From contig JAJCZH010000023.1 in NCBI GenBank assembly GCA_029262515.1, forward strand, positions 16,312 through 80,311: a stretch of DNA of 64,000 nt. Direction: 5' to 3'. This DNA comes from Deltaproteobacteria bacterium (GTDB taxonomy: Bacteria > Desulfobacterota > GWC2-55-46 > JADFVP01). This document shows, piece after piece, positions 17,580 to 27,824 of the stretch; within the stretch, counting starts at the first letter, position 1, and the number at the start of each line of letters is the position of its first letter. The notes beneath the pieces were generated by a model. The model worked only from the letters and a program-made list of their open reading frames with translations, was not told the DNA's origin and searched no databases. The position numbers and the translations under genes were made by a program.

Positions 17580-18688
17580 ACGGCACCGCCGTGAGACCTG
17601 CCAGTCGGTAGCGGTATGGAATTCAGCAGAGCGTCTAAGCGTTCCGGATCAGAGACCTCAACGTCTATACGCAGCGCATAAACCGGCGGGCCTTCTTGTG
17701 CGGGTCTTACTTTATCGAACAGCTCATGGAGTTTGACCGCGTCCTTTTCGGTGGTAACTACCGCATCCAAGCCTTCGGCAGCCTCAAGCACCTCTGTCAG
17801 ATCTGCTTCGGTATAGCTATGATGGTCGCGGTAAAAGCGCGTTGTGGCAATATCTAGTCCGAGGTCCTCAACTGTTGAAACAAAGGAGCCGGGCTCTGCA
17901 AGGGCCGCAAGCACAAGCACCCTGGCGTCTTGATTGGTCACTTTTTTATCTACCTTGCTCTTGTTGATGAGGTTCATTTTTTTAACCACGTACCTGAATT
18001 CCATCTCTTCTTTATTCATATGAGTCAGTCTGGCCCGGTCGCTCGGAGCGAGTTTGCCGCCTTTAACCATTATCAGGTCTGCCCTTTCCGTTGCGCTTAT
18101 CGGCTCTCTCAGTATTCCCGACGGCAGAAGCCGGCCGGAGCCGAAACCGATGGCAGAGTCTACGAGCAGTATATTGAGGTCGCGGGCAAGCCGTATATGT
18201 TGAAAGCCGTCGTCGAGCAGTATGACGTCCGGTGCAAACCTCTCGATTATCTCTTTGCCGGCCTCGTATCTCTTCTCTCCGACTACGACCGGAATACCCT
18301 TCAATCTAAGCGCCATAAGGTAAGGTTCGTCACCGGCTTCTTTAGGGGTAAGGTACACTTGCTCTTTGTCGGAGACAACTTTAACTCCGGTTGTCGTCCG
18401 TTTATATCCACGGCTGAGTACTGCAACGCTACGGCCTGCATTTCTGAGCCGTTCCGCGATAAAGATACTCATCGGTGTTTTGCCGCTGCCTCCGACCGTT
18501 ATGTTGCCGATTGAGATAACCTTGCATGGCAGCACCTCTGTCTTGATGAGACCGGCCCTGTAGAGCAGCAAGCGCGTACTCACACCGGCTCTGTAGAGCG
18601 TTGAGAGCGGGCTGAGCAGAAGTTGGGACAGACCCGTACCCTCGCTCCGCATAATAGCCTCTATTCCTTTTTTTCCGCGATTATTCAT
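17576..18688 (-). CDS. lpxK: tetraacyldisaccharide 4'-kinase
   Basis: P-loop GNITVGGSGKTP. 4-nt overlaps with both neighbours. Confidence 0.9.
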   Translation of the reverse strand: MNNRGKKGIEAIMRSEGTGLSQLLLSPLSTLYRAGVSTRLLLYRAGLIKTEVLPCKVISIGNITVGGSGKTPMSIFIAERLRNAGRSVAVLSRGYKRTTTGVKVVSDKEQVYLTPKEAGDEPYLMALRLKGIPVVVGEKRYEAGKEIIERFAPDVILLDDGFQHIRLARDLNILLVDSAIGFGSGRLLPSGILREPISATERADLIMVKGGKLAPSDRARLTHMNKEEMEFRYVVKKMNLINKSKVDKKVTNQDARVLVLAALAEPGSFVSTVEDLGLDIATTRFYRDHHSYTEADLTEVLEAAEGLDAVVTTEKDAVKLHELFDKVRPAQEGPPVYALRIDVEVSDPERLDALLNSIPLPTGRSHGGAV

Positions 18689-20013
18689 CTTATCCTCGGA
18701 AAAACGGTTTGGTTTTTATTAGAGAGAAGTTTTTCAATTTCGATTACGCTTTTATCGAGCGCCCCCCGGTTTTCATCCACTACTTTACCTGCTCCGAGTC
18801 CTGTTTTTGCCCTTAGTAGATCATTCGACAGAAGTTCCCTTAAAGTGTCGGCAATCTCAACCGGTCCGTCTACTTTTACACCTCCACCGCTCTTTTCCAG
18901 AAGTTTTGCCATGGAAAGGTAGGTCGTAAGGTGCGGGCCGTAGAGCACCGGTTTGTTGAAGTAAGCCGGTTCAAGCAGGTTGTGCCCGCCGATACCGGGT
19001 ACAAGGCTCCCGCCGATAATTGCAACGTCGGCAATGGAGTAGACCGACATCAGTTCTCCGATTGTATCTAGCAGCAGCACGTCCACTCTATTGGACTTCC
19101 GTGCGGCAGGAAGTTTTGAGGTGCGGCGGCTATACTTGAGACCCGATTTTTCGATAATCGCTTCAACCTCTTTGAATCTTTCAGGGTGGCGCGGGGCGAT
19201 TATAAGGCAGGTGCCCTTAATATGTATGCTCTTGAAGGCTTCGAGCAGCATCTCTTCCTCGCCCCTGTGGGTGGAGCCTGCTACTATGACCTTGGTTCCG
19301 CGCGTAATCGAGGCCGCTTCCGCCAGGCTCGCCAGCTTCGACTGGTCAGGGGCAGGCGGGTGTAGATCGAACTTTATATTACCGAGTGTTACGGCGTTCT
19401 CTTTGGGCACGCCTGAGCTTATAGCTCTTGCGCGGTCTTCATCGGTGCGCGCGCAGAAGGTATTTATCTTGGAGAATATGCCATTGAAAAAGAAGCCGAG
19501 GCTCTTGTACCGCTTTGCCGATTTTTCCGAGATAGAGCCGTTGATGACCACTATAGGTATGCCGGATGAGTGGAGCGAGCAGATGGTATTTGGCCAGAAC
19601 TCCTTTTCGATGAGGATAAATGCTTTCGGTTTGGTCTGACGTATGACACGACCAATTATAGATGGGAGGTCGAGAGGAAAGTAGATCAGGGCGTCGATCA
19701 AGTCTTTACCGTCAGATCCGGCAACGTCGTTACCGGTCTTGGTGATAGTAGAGAACAGGATTCTCAGCTCAGGCTGTTTTGATTTAAGCTTCTGTATCAG
19801 CGGTATTGCGGCCTTGGTCTCGCCGACCGAGACCGCATGTACCCAGATTACGGAAGAGCTCTCAAGGGCCGAGAGCTTGTCACTCCCTATAAAACCGAAC
19901 TTCTCGCCGAGGCCGCAGCGCCTCTTCTTCTGTGTTACTAGGCGCAGAAGAAAGTACGGCGTAAGAGCGAGCAGTAGCAGGTGCAGCACGATATTGTAGA
20001 TTAGGTACTTCAT
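18685..20013 (-). CDS. waaA: Kdo transferase
   Basis: WaaA/KdtA-like along its whole length (WVHAVSVGE..., GGSLVP.GGHN.LEPA). Confidence 0.9.
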   Translation of the reverse strand: MKYLIYNIVLHLLLLALTPYFLLRLVTQKKRRCGLGEKFGFIGSDKLSALESSSVIWVHAVSVGETKAAIPLIQKLKSKQPELRILFSTITKTGNDVAGSDGKDLIDALIYFPLDLPSIIGRVIRQTKPKAFILIEKEFWPNTICSLHSSGIPIVVINGSISEKSAKRYKSLGFFFNGIFSKINTFCARTDEDRARAISSGVPKENAVTLGNIKFDLHPPAPDQSKLASLAEAASITRGTKVIVAGSTHRGEEEMLLEAFKSIHIKGTCLIIAPRHPERFKEVEAIIEKSGLKYSRRTSKLPAARKSNRVDVLLLDTIGELMSVYSIADVAIIGGSLVPGIGGHNLLEPAYFNKPVLYGPHLTTYLSMAKLLEKSGGGVKVDGPVEIADTLRELLSNDLLRAKTGLGAGKVVDENRGALDKSVIEIEKLLSNKNQTVFPRIR

Positions 20014-20016
20014 GGT

Positions 20017-20678
20017 TTACCGTGTGAAGTAGTCGTCAGCCTGGTCTGTAAGGTCGTTGAGTATTTGCTCGAGTCTTTCACATGCCGCGGCCAATTCTTT
20101 TGCATCGGCTTTGCGGTCGATATAGATAGGTTCACCGCAGATAAAGACCCCGCGTGAGAACGGGTAAGGAATTATAAAAGAGTCCCAGGAGCCAAAGGTT
20201 TTTTTTTTGAGGCGCCGAAGCTGACCGGCATAATAGGCAGCCCGGTGCTGCGGGCTATCTGTAATGCGCCCATCTGCGCCCGGCGCGCCGGACCCTTTGG
20301 CCCGTCTGGGGTTATGGCGATATCGCGCCCGTTCTTAACGGCTTCGAGTATGCCGCGTAACCCCTTGAACCACCCGCGCGTGGTGGAGCCTCTTACGCTG
20401 AGTATGCCGAACGGCCTGACGGTTCGCGTTATCAATTCACCGTCCCGGTGCGCGCTTACGAGTGTAGTAAGCACTGAGCCGGGATACCCGTACGGCATCA
20501 TCAGTATGCGGCTGTGCCAGAAAGCGAGTATGCTCTGTGTGCCGCTGGAGGCGAGGTGCCTGTAGTGGTCGTAGTTGATATAGGTGATACGCATGGAGAG
20601 GTATATCAACCGTATCATTATATGCGTGATTACAGGGGCTATGACCAGCAGCATCTCTTTTTTAAGCTTCTTCCACAT
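20017..20678 (-). pseudogene. DUF374 (lysophospholipid-acyltransferase-like) gene interrupted by a frameshift in an A10 run
   Basis: The first 168 codons lie in one frame (20172-20678). The conserved C-terminal part, ...WDSFIIPYPFSRGVFICGEPIYI...YFTR*, lies in another frame and ends at TAA 20017-20019, 3 nt before waaA. The shift point is the T10 run at 20199-20208. Confidence 0.8.
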
Positions 20679-20690
20679 GCCAGTTCCGTA

Positions 20691-22532
20691 TCAGTTGATT
20701 ACTTTATTGATGTCTGTATTGTCTGCAACCGTTACCTCGGAGGAACGATTGTTCGGCTCTTTGTCCCTGAACTGCATGGTGTAGAGCCTGTGATACTCGC
20801 CTTTTGCCCTAAGCAGTTCGTCATGGTTACCGGTCTCGGATATCTTGCCTTTCGAGAGCACTACAATGGTATCGGCATTGCGTATCGTTGAGAGCCTGTG
20901 GGCAATAACGAAGGTAGTGCGCCCGGCCATAAGGTTTTCGAGCCCGCGCTGGACTTCGAGTTCGCTCTCCGTGTCGAGAGAACTCGTGGCCTCGTCGAGT
21001 ATAAGAAGCGGCGCGTTTTTCAGTATGGCTCGCGCTATGCTTAGCCGTTGTCGTTCTCCTCCAGATAGCTTGATGCCGCTTTCCCCTATGACAGTATCAT
21101 ATCCGTCAGGCAGCTTTGAAATAAAATCGTGCGCATTTGCCGCGATTGCAGCATCGACTACCTCCTGTTCGTTCCTGTCCCGGTCTCCGTAAGAGATGTT
21201 CCCCCTGACCGTATCGTTAAAGAGTATTACCTGCTGCGATACTATCGCTATCTGTTCTCTTAGCGTCTGGAGCGAGAAATCGCGAGTGTCTACGCCGTCG
21301 ATCATCAGAGACCCTTCATCAATATCGTAGAAGCGTGGCAGCAGGTTGACGAAGGTCGTTTTGCCGGCCCCGCTACTCCCGACTATCGCCACCATTGTAC
21401 TGCGCGGAACAGTTAGGTTGATACCCCTGAGTATCCACTTCTCTTCATACCTGAATGAGACGCCCTTGAACTCGATAGACTCTTTAATGGTTTCAAGTTT
21501 CCGTTCCGGTCTCTTCTCTGTTGTTGTGCTTGAAGTCTCTGAAGGCATATCGAGAAGGTCGAAGATTCTGGCGGCTGCGGCAAGACCGTTCTGTATGCTG
21601 AGGTTGACTCCGTTGAGGGCTTTAAGCGGTTGGTAGAACATGAGTACGGCAGCGAAGAAGGAGATGAAGCTCTCCGGCTTCAGCTCGCCGCTCTCTATTC
21701 TGAAGGCTGCATACCAAATAGTTATCGCAAACCCTACGGCGCCGATCGTTTCCATTAGGGGCGAGGAGGAGGCGCGAACCTTAATAGACTTTAACTGCCA
21801 CTTAGTGAACCTTTTGTTCTCGGTATCGAAGCGTTCTGTTTCGTACTTCTCCATTCCAAAGGCTTTGACTATTCTTACGCCCGTAATCGCCTCCTGAAGC
21901 AGCGCGGTTATGTTGCCCATCGTTACCTGCCCCTTGGTCGAGACCTTCTTCATCTTCTTGCCGAATTTTCTTAACGGGTAGACGGCAAGTGGTACGCATA
22001 CGAAGGCCGCGAGCGAGAGTTTCCAGTCGAGGCTGACTATTACAGAACCGAGCACTATCAATGTCAGTGACTGTTTTATGATTGCAGCGAAGGATTCTGA
22101 CGCGGTCGTCTGTAACATGTTGACGTCGTTTGTAAGTCTAGACATCAGGACTCCGGACGGGTTGGCGTGGAAGAAACCTATGGGCATGTTTAGTATGTGT
22201 TCGTAGAGTTTTTTTCTGAGGTCGCAGACAAGGCCCTGCCCGACATGGCCCATAAAGTAGATCTGCCCGAAAGAGCTTAGCCCCTTTACCACGGCGACCA
22301 GAATTATTATTACCGGCACCGCTATTATCATCTTCTCTTTCGGAATGGAAATGAGTCCGAACGGGACTATGCCGATATCCTCCGCAGCTCCGCTGGTGAA
22401 GAGGAACTTCATAACAGGGCCTATAATGTAGGCTAGCGCGCCGGTGGAGAGGGCGAATGCGAACATGCATAAGATGGCAAGAAAAAAATGGAGCTTGTAT
22501 GCCGGTAAAAGTTTTAGGATTCTAAGGTACAT
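20691..22532 (-). CDS. msbA: lipid A export ABC transporter (permease/ATPase fusion)
   Basis: Six-TM domain plus Walker A GSSGAGKTT, signature LSGGERQR and Walker B LLILDEATS. Its context is the lipid A operon. Confidence 0.85.
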   Translation of the reverse strand: MYLRILKLLPAYKLHFFLAILCMFAFALSTGALAYIIGPVMKFLFTSGAAEDIGIVPFGLISIPKEKMIIAVPVIIILVAVVKGLSSFGQIYFMGHVGQGLVCDLRKKLYEHILNMPIGFFHANPSGVLMSRLTNDVNMLQTTASESFAAIIKQSLTLIVLGSVIVSLDWKLSLAAFVCVPLAVYPLRKFGKKMKKVSTKGQVTMGNITALLQEAITGVRIVKAFGMEKYETERFDTENKRFTKWQLKSIKVRASSSPLMETIGAVGFAITIWYAAFRIESGELKPESFISFFAAVLMFYQPLKALNGVNLSIQNGLAAAARIFDLLDMPSETSSTTTEKRPERKLETIKESIEFKGVSFRYEEKWILRGINLTVPRSTMVAIVGSSGAGKTTFVNLLPRFYDIDEGSLMIDGVDTRDFSLQTLREQIAIVSQQVILFNDTVRGNISYGDRDRNEQEVVDAAIAANAHDFISKLPDGYDTVIGESGIKLSGGERQRLSIARAILKNAPLLILDEATSSLDTESELEVQRGLENLMAGRTTFVIAHRLSTIRNADTIVVLSKGKISETGNHDELLRAKGEYHRLYTMQFRDKEPNNRSSEVTVADNTDINKVIN

Positions 22533-22551
22533 GCGGCCCTCGTTGAAGATA

Positions 22552-23709
22552 CTATAGTTGCGTTGTGTCAGATTTTTCGGAGATGCTCTTCAGTACCGCT
22601 CTTGCCGCCCTGTCTGCGGCTCCGCTCTCTCCAAGGCGTTTGGATATTTCCTTGTAACCGCTCTCAATTGCAGCCCGTCTGTCCGGGTTTTCGAGTATGT
22701 CTAGTATCTGCTCCGAGAGCCTCTCGGGAGTCACTTCGTCCTGTATATACTCTTCTACGACCTTTCTGCCGGCTACTATGTTCGGTAACCCGAAGAGTTT
22801 GAGGTCTACTATAGCGCGGGCCACCGTGAAGGTTATCGTTGACATAATATAGACGATGACCATAGGGGTTCCAATGAGCGCAGTCTCCAGCGATGCCGTG
22901 CCGGAGGCAACTATAGCCGCGTCTGCCGCCCTAAGAGCCGTATGCATGGACCCGTGTACTACTCTTACGTCTATCCCCGAAGCCTTTAGAGCCGGGCAGA
23001 AGGTCTCTGCGTCAAATGATGATGAAGCCGGTAGTACGAAGACGGCCTGCCTGCCGAGTCCTTTATCTATCTGAGCCCCGGCCCCCAGCATGATATTAAG
23101 CAGGCGCGTTATCTCTGAAGTTCGCGATCCCGGCAGTAATGCGACTACCGTTGCCGCGTTCTCAAGATCTAGCTCTTTGCGCGCCTCCTCTTTGGTCAGC
23201 GCGCAGACCGCGCTCTCTACTATCGGGTTGCCTACGAACTCCACGTCAAGCCGAGTCTTTTTATAGACCTCTAGCTCGAACGGGAAGATAACGAGCATCT
23301 TGTCAACGAGTTTCGCTATCTTCCAAACCCGGTTTTTTCTCCATGCCCAGACCTGCGGGCTTATGTAGTAGATTACCGGCAGGCCGAGCCGTTTTGCCTC
23401 TTTGGCAACTTTTAAGTTGAAGTCCGGAAAATCTATTAGAACAACTGCATCGAAATTTCCGCTCTGCAACTCTGCTTTTAACGTTTTAAGAGCATAGAGA
23501 ATCTTGGGCATCCGTCCGATGACCTCGGTAATACCTACTACAGAGACCTCTTTCGCGTCGAGACCAACGAGTCCGGCAGAGCGCATCGATTTTCCGCCCA
23601 TGCCCTTGAAGATTATACCGGGTTTGCTCCTTTTGAGCGCAGCCATCAGGGCTGCGCCGTGGTGGTCTCCAGACTCCTCGCCACTGCTTATAAAAATTTT
23701 CATCGGCAT
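22552..23709 (-). CDS. lpxB: lipid-A-disaccharide synthase
   Basis: N-terminal FISSGEESGDHHGA. LpxB length and pattern. Confidence 0.9.
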   Translation of the reverse strand: MPMKIFISSGEESGDHHGAALMAALKRSKPGIIFKGMGGKSMRSAGLVGLDAKEVSVVGITEVIGRMPKILYALKTLKAELQSGNFDAVVLIDFPDFNLKVAKEAKRLGLPVIYYISPQVWAWRKNRVWKIAKLVDKMLVIFPFELEVYKKTRLDVEFVGNPIVESAVCALTKEEARKELDLENAATVVALLPGSRTSEITRLLNIMLGAGAQIDKGLGRQAVFVLPASSSFDAETFCPALKASGIDVRVVHGSMHTALRAADAAIVASGTASLETALIGTPMVIVYIMSTITFTVARAIVDLKLFGLPNIVAGRKVVEEYIQDEVTPERLSEQILDILENPDRRAAIESGYKEISKRLGESGAADRAARAVLKSISEKSDTTQL

Positions 23710-23770
23710 ATACGGCCCGTAAAATAGGCTTTAGTTGTGAGACCGGCTCAGGCGGCGGTAAAAGAGTGGC

Positions 23771-24739
23771 TTACCTTAATGCCGTCCGTATCGATTTTGC
23801 GACCGCATCCTGAATCCTCGAAGCGACTTCGAGTGCGACGAGCCCCTCATGACCCGAGACCAGCGGTCTTCGCCCGGTCTCGGAGCAGGAGAGAAACGCC
23901 TTGATCTCTTCGAGCAGAGAGTCGCTTTTGATTATATCAAGCTCGGTATCTACAAGTCTTGCGTATCCTGCTTCTTCATCAGGCGTAATCTGCGCGATAG
24001 TAATGTGTTGTGCGGCGTAGTCGATTGAAATATTCGTCTCGGGTTGGTAGATGGTAATGGTCCTTTGCCGTTCACGCGAAACCCTGCTGGCCGTAACGTC
24101 GGCAACGCAGCCGTTTGTAAAGCGCAGGCGTGCGTTCGTTATGTCTACGTTGTTTGTAACCACCGGAATTCCTACCGCGTCCACAGACTCTACATCCGAG
24201 TTGACCAGGCTCAGGATTATGTCGATGTCGTGTATCATGAGGTCGAGTATTACGTCCACATCGGTGCTTCTGTTTGGAAATGGTGACAGACGCCTCGATT
24301 CTATGAAGAGCGGAGTCTTGACCCTGCCTTCCAACGCCATTACCGCACCATTAAAGCGCTCCAGGTGCCCGACTTGAAGGATCGCATTAGAGCAGTCTGC
24401 TGCTGCGATAAGTTTCTCGGCTTCTGCCGTGCTCATGGCAATCGGTTTTTCTACGAGCACATCTATTCCGTGTTCCAGGAAGTCGGCCCCTATCTTCAGG
24501 TGGCTTTCCGTAGGCGTTACAACGCTTACGGCGTCAACCTTGCCTATAAGTTCCCTGTAGTCGGTGTAGGCGCGCGTGCCGACCTCATCGGCAACTTTAC
24601 GCGCGCTCTGTTCATTCAAGTCCACAACTCCTACGAGTTCCGAGTTGTCGAGTCCCGCATACTTCTGTGCGTGAAAGCGTCCGAGATGGCCGACGCCGAT
24701 TACTGCCGTTTTAATCTTCTTCGTCATCGCTAACGTCAC
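23771..24739 (-). CDS. Gfo/Idh/MocA-family NAD-dependent oxidoreductase (GnnA-like candidate)
   Basis: Rossmann motif AVIGVGHLG, EKP motif, GHLERFN. It overlaps the lpxA 3' end. An alternative start lies at 24727. Confidence 0.8.
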   Translation of the reverse strand: MTLAMTKKIKTAVIGVGHLGRFHAQKYAGLDNSELVGVVDLNEQSARKVADEVGTRAYTDYRELIGKVDAVSVVTPTESHLKIGADFLEHGIDVLVEKPIAMSTAEAEKLIAAADCSNAILQVGHLERFNGAVMALEGRVKTPLFIESRRLSPFPNRSTDVDVILDLMIHDIDIILSLVNSDVESVDAVGIPVVTNNVDITNARLRFTNGCVADVTASRVSRERQRTITIYQPETNISIDYAAQHITIAQITPDEEAGYARLVDTELDIIKSDSLLEEIKAFLSCSETGRRPLVSGHEGLVALEVASRIQDAVAKSIRTALR

Positions 24740-25559
24740 TCTTCTTTTTAAGTCTCAGGCGTGCTATGCCGCGTTCCGAATTCTCTATCGCATCTATAAA
24801 CCTCTTGGCATGAACAGATCCCGCCATTTCGGCTTTTATCTGCTTTGCCGCGTCGCTTGTTGAAAGAGAGGACTTAAAAAGTACGGTGTAACACCTCTTA
24901 ATCTCCGTAATGTCCTGTTTTGAAAAACCCTTGCGTCGCAACCCTATCATGTTGAGGCTTCTTACGTGCGCGCGGTTACCAACGGCGAGCACATACGGCG
25001 GGATATCCTTACTCACGGCGGAGGCTCCGCCGATTATGCAGTATGCTCCGATTTTGACATGCTGGTGTACGGCCACTATACCGCCGACTATTGCATGCTC
25101 TGCAACCGTAACATGTCCGGCGAGAGTGGCGTTATTGGCCATTATGATGTTATCGCCGAGCGTGCAGTCGTGGGCTATATGAACATAGTTCATGAACAGG
25201 TTGTTGCTTCCGCATACGGTTACCAGACGCTCTTTCGTAGTTGCCCGGTGTATCGTTACGAACTCCCGTATCACGTTGTTGTCTCCGAGTATGACCTCGG
25301 TCTTTTCGCCTTGGTACCCGAGGTCTTGCGGAGGGGCACCAATAGAGACGAACTGAAAGATATGGCAGTTGCGTCCAATTGTAGTCCAGGTGTCTATGAC
25401 CGCATGGGAGCCTATCTTTGTTCCGGCACCTATATTCACATGCTCGCCTATAACGGTATAAGGGCCGATCTCTACATTGTGGTCGAGTTCCGCCGTGGGG
25501 TGAACCACAGCAGTCGGGTGTATCTGCACCCCGCTATTTTTCTGTGCCTCGGTAGTCAT
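24711..25559 (-). CDS. lpxA: acyl-ACP--UDP-N-acetylglucosamine O-acyltransferase
   Basis: Hexapeptide-repeat left-handed beta-helix plus the LpxA C-terminal helical domain. There is a short acidic tail. Confidence 0.9.
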   Translation of the reverse strand: MTTEAQKNSGVQIHPTAVVHPTAELDHNVEIGPYTVIGEHVNIGAGTKIGSHAVIDTWTTIGRNCHIFQFVSIGAPPQDLGYQGEKTEVILGDNNVIREFVTIHRATTKERLVTVCGSNNLFMNYVHIAHDCTLGDNIIMANNATLAGHVTVAEHAIVGGIVAVHQHVKIGAYCIIGGASAVSKDIPPYVLAVGNRAHVRSLNMIGLRRKGFSKQDITEIKRCYTVLFKSSLSTSDAAKQIKAEMAGSVHAKRFIDAIENSERGIARLRLKKKSDVSDDEED

Positions 25560-25643
25560 CTGTTAAATTCACCTCTCAAGTTCTGATATACACGCACCCG
25601 GTTTGTATGGCGTGCGAACAGGTCGTTGTGAAGCTCGACTCTG

Positions 25644-26072
25644 TTACTTGTCGGCAATGGTTGCCATCAGTTCGGCCTCTGCTGCAACGTTGCCGTCCAC
25701 CCTGGCGGTACCGGTCAGCATCCAGATCTTTCCTCGTACCTTCTTTACTTTCACAGTTATCTCAAGAGTATCTCCCGGAAGTACGGGGCGACGGAAGCGC
25801 GCCTTGTCTATACCCATGAAATAAAGAACCTTACCTTCAACTCCGGCACTCTTGAATGCGAGTATTCCGCCGACCTGTGCCATCGCTTCTACAATAAGGA
25901 CACCCGGCATTATCGGATGGTCAGGGAAGTGGCCGGTGAAGAACGGTTCGTTGATTGTTACGTTCTTTATACCTACTGCGACTCTGTTTGCTTCAATATC
26001 TATTACCTTGTCGATCAACAGAAATGGGTACCTGTGAGGTAGTATTTTCTGTATCTCGTTGATGTCGATCAT
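25644..26072 (-). CDS. fabZ: 3-hydroxyacyl-ACP dehydratase
   Basis: [13 protein letters not shown] and [13 protein letters not shown]. The start is set at MIDINEI behind AAAGGA. The tracked ORF start is 26090. Confidence 0.9.
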   Translation of the reverse strand: MIDINEIQKILPHRYPFLLIDKVIDIEANRVAVGIKNVTINEPFFTGHFPDHPIMPGVLIVEAMAQVGGILAFKSAGVEGKVLYFMGIDKARFRRPVLPGDTLEITVKVKKVRGKIWMLTGTARVDGNVAAEAELMATIADK

Positions 26073-26131
26073 TGGGTGTCCTTTCGTCATCTGTTTGATA
26101 ACTGTTTGCCCGATGCGTTACGGCTGTTGTT

Positions 26132-27202
26132 TTACTGGTCCAGACTCTTTTCCAGTTCGATTATCTTGCGTTCGAGTTCACGGACCTTCTTTCTCAATTC
26201 CGGTAGCTTCTGAGATATCGTCTGCGCACGGAGCCAGTCTCCGTGGTTAATGGCCGGAAAACCGGAGTAGGCCCCTGGTCTGGTAAGGTTGTTCGTTACT
26301 ACCCCGCGAGCCCCTATTAGTATGTCGTCTCCGACTCTCACGTGGCCGACTATGCCGACCTGCCCGCCGAGCTGCACACGGCTACCCACTGCGGAAGAGC
26401 CTGCAATGCCGACCTGCGCTACTATGACGGTATCCTCGCCTACAACTACGTTGTGGGCGACCTGAACAAGGTTGTCTATCTTTGTGCCGCGTCCTATAAC
26501 AGTCTCGCCGAGCATGGCGCGGTCTACGGTAACGCAGGCCCCTATCTCCACATCATCGGCTATACGTACGGTTCCGGTCTGCGGTATCTTGTAATACTGT
26601 TCTGCCTCTTTAGCGTATCCGAAGCCGTCGGACCCGATCACGGTACCGGAATGTATTATAACGCGTGCTCCGAGAGTGCACCTCTCCATTACCGTTACGT
26701 TCGGATAGATCACGCTCTCTTCGCCTATCTCGACGTTACGTCCGATATAGACGCCGGGGTAGATCACGGCTCTGTCGCCGATCTGAGCGTCCTCTTCGAT
26801 TACCGCCCCAACGCCGATTGACACCTTTTTGCCGATAACCGCAGTTTCATGGAGTCTGGCACCGGCGGCGACTCCCGGCTCAGGGTGCACTGTCGGCCTG
26901 ATTGCCTCGAGCACCTTTGCCATTGCGAGGTGCGGGTTGTCTACGTATATTAGCGTTGTCCCGCCGCGGTCGGTCTCTTCGAAGAGATCGCGTTCTCTTA
27001 AGATGACGGCCGTGGCGCGTGTTGAGGCCAGGGACTTAAGGTTGCGGGCATCGGCCACAAAGGAGACGTCACCAGGGCCTGCGGAGTCTATTGGCGCGGC
27101 TCCGGTAACAACGGCCTCATTGCTGGAGCCGCCTTCCGTTACGTCAAGTTTTCCGCCTACGGCCCTGGTTAGCTCTTCCAGGCTCAGTGACTGATTATCC
27201 AA
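26132..27202 (-). CDS. lpxD: UDP-3-O-acylglucosamine N-acyltransferase
   Basis: LpxD N-terminal domain, hexapeptide repeats, C-terminal coiled coil. Confidence 0.9.
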   Translation of the reverse strand: MDNQSLSLEELTRAVGGKLDVTEGGSSNEAVVTGAAPIDSAGPGDVSFVADARNLKSLASTRATAVILRERDLFEETDRGGTTLIYVDNPHLAMAKVLEAIRPTVHPEPGVAAGARLHETAVIGKKVSIGVGAVIEEDAQIGDRAVIYPGVYIGRNVEIGEESVIYPNVTVMERCTLGARVIIHSGTVIGSDGFGYAKEAEQYYKIPQTGTVRIADDVEIGACVTVDRAMLGETVIGRGTKIDNLVQVAHNVVVGEDTVIVAQVGIAGSSAVGSRVQLGGQVGIVGHVRVGDDILIGARGVVTNNLTRPGAYSGFPAINHGDWLRAQTISQKLPELRKKVRELERKIIELEKSLDQ

Positions 27203-27203
27203 C

Positions 27204-27740
27204 TTAGCGGCCTTTCTTGCTGAATCTCTTATTATGTATTTTTATGACCTCGGCAGTCAGGTCGTCATCCGCCGATGCATAGAGCAGTCCTCCGAGAGAG
27301 CGTTCTATAACATAGGAGTAGCCCCGTTTCTTTGCCAGCTCTTCGACGATTTGTGCGAACTCGTCTATTATAGCCGCTTCCTCGGCCTGCTTCTTTTTAT
27401 TGATCTCTTCGTTGGAAGCCCGGAACAGTTTTTCAAACGCCTGGCTCTTGTTCATAAAGAGCTCTTCTTTCGCGCTCAGCGTCTCCTTGTTCCATATAGC
27501 GCGTTTGCTATCAATCTCGGTCTTCATTTTTTTCAACTCTTCCTGCTTTGCGTTGAGATCGGTTTCGAGCCTCGTTGCACTCTTTTGCAGGTTATCTTTT
27601 GCCACCTGTCCGGCTTCGCATTCGTTAAGCGCTTTTTGCAGGTTTGCATACCCTATCTTCTGGGGTCCGGCAACTGCCGGGAGTGTGAGTGCGAGAAGTA
27701 TAAGTATCGATATAGATACCTGTGCCAGTCTCTTAATCAT
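27204..27740 (-). CDS. skp: periplasmic chaperone Skp/OmpH
   Basis: Signal peptide and a long K/E/Q-rich helical body. It sits in the conserved bamA-skp-lpxD position. Confidence 0.8.
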   Translation of the reverse strand: MIKRLAQVSISILILLALTLPAVAGPQKIGYANLQKALNECEAGQVAKDNLQKSATRLETDLNAKQEELKKMKTEIDSKRAIWNKETLSAKEELFMNKSQAFEKLFRASNEEINKKKQAEEAAIIDEFAQIVEELAKKRGYSYVIERSLGGLLYASADDDLTAEVIKIHNKRFSKKGR

Positions 27741-27824
27741 ATCGTGTCTCCTTGGTATTTGTAGTGAAAATTTATGATTGCCAGTATTGTTTTATATATA
27801 TTCCCGGTTCTTCTGCCGGGCCTT

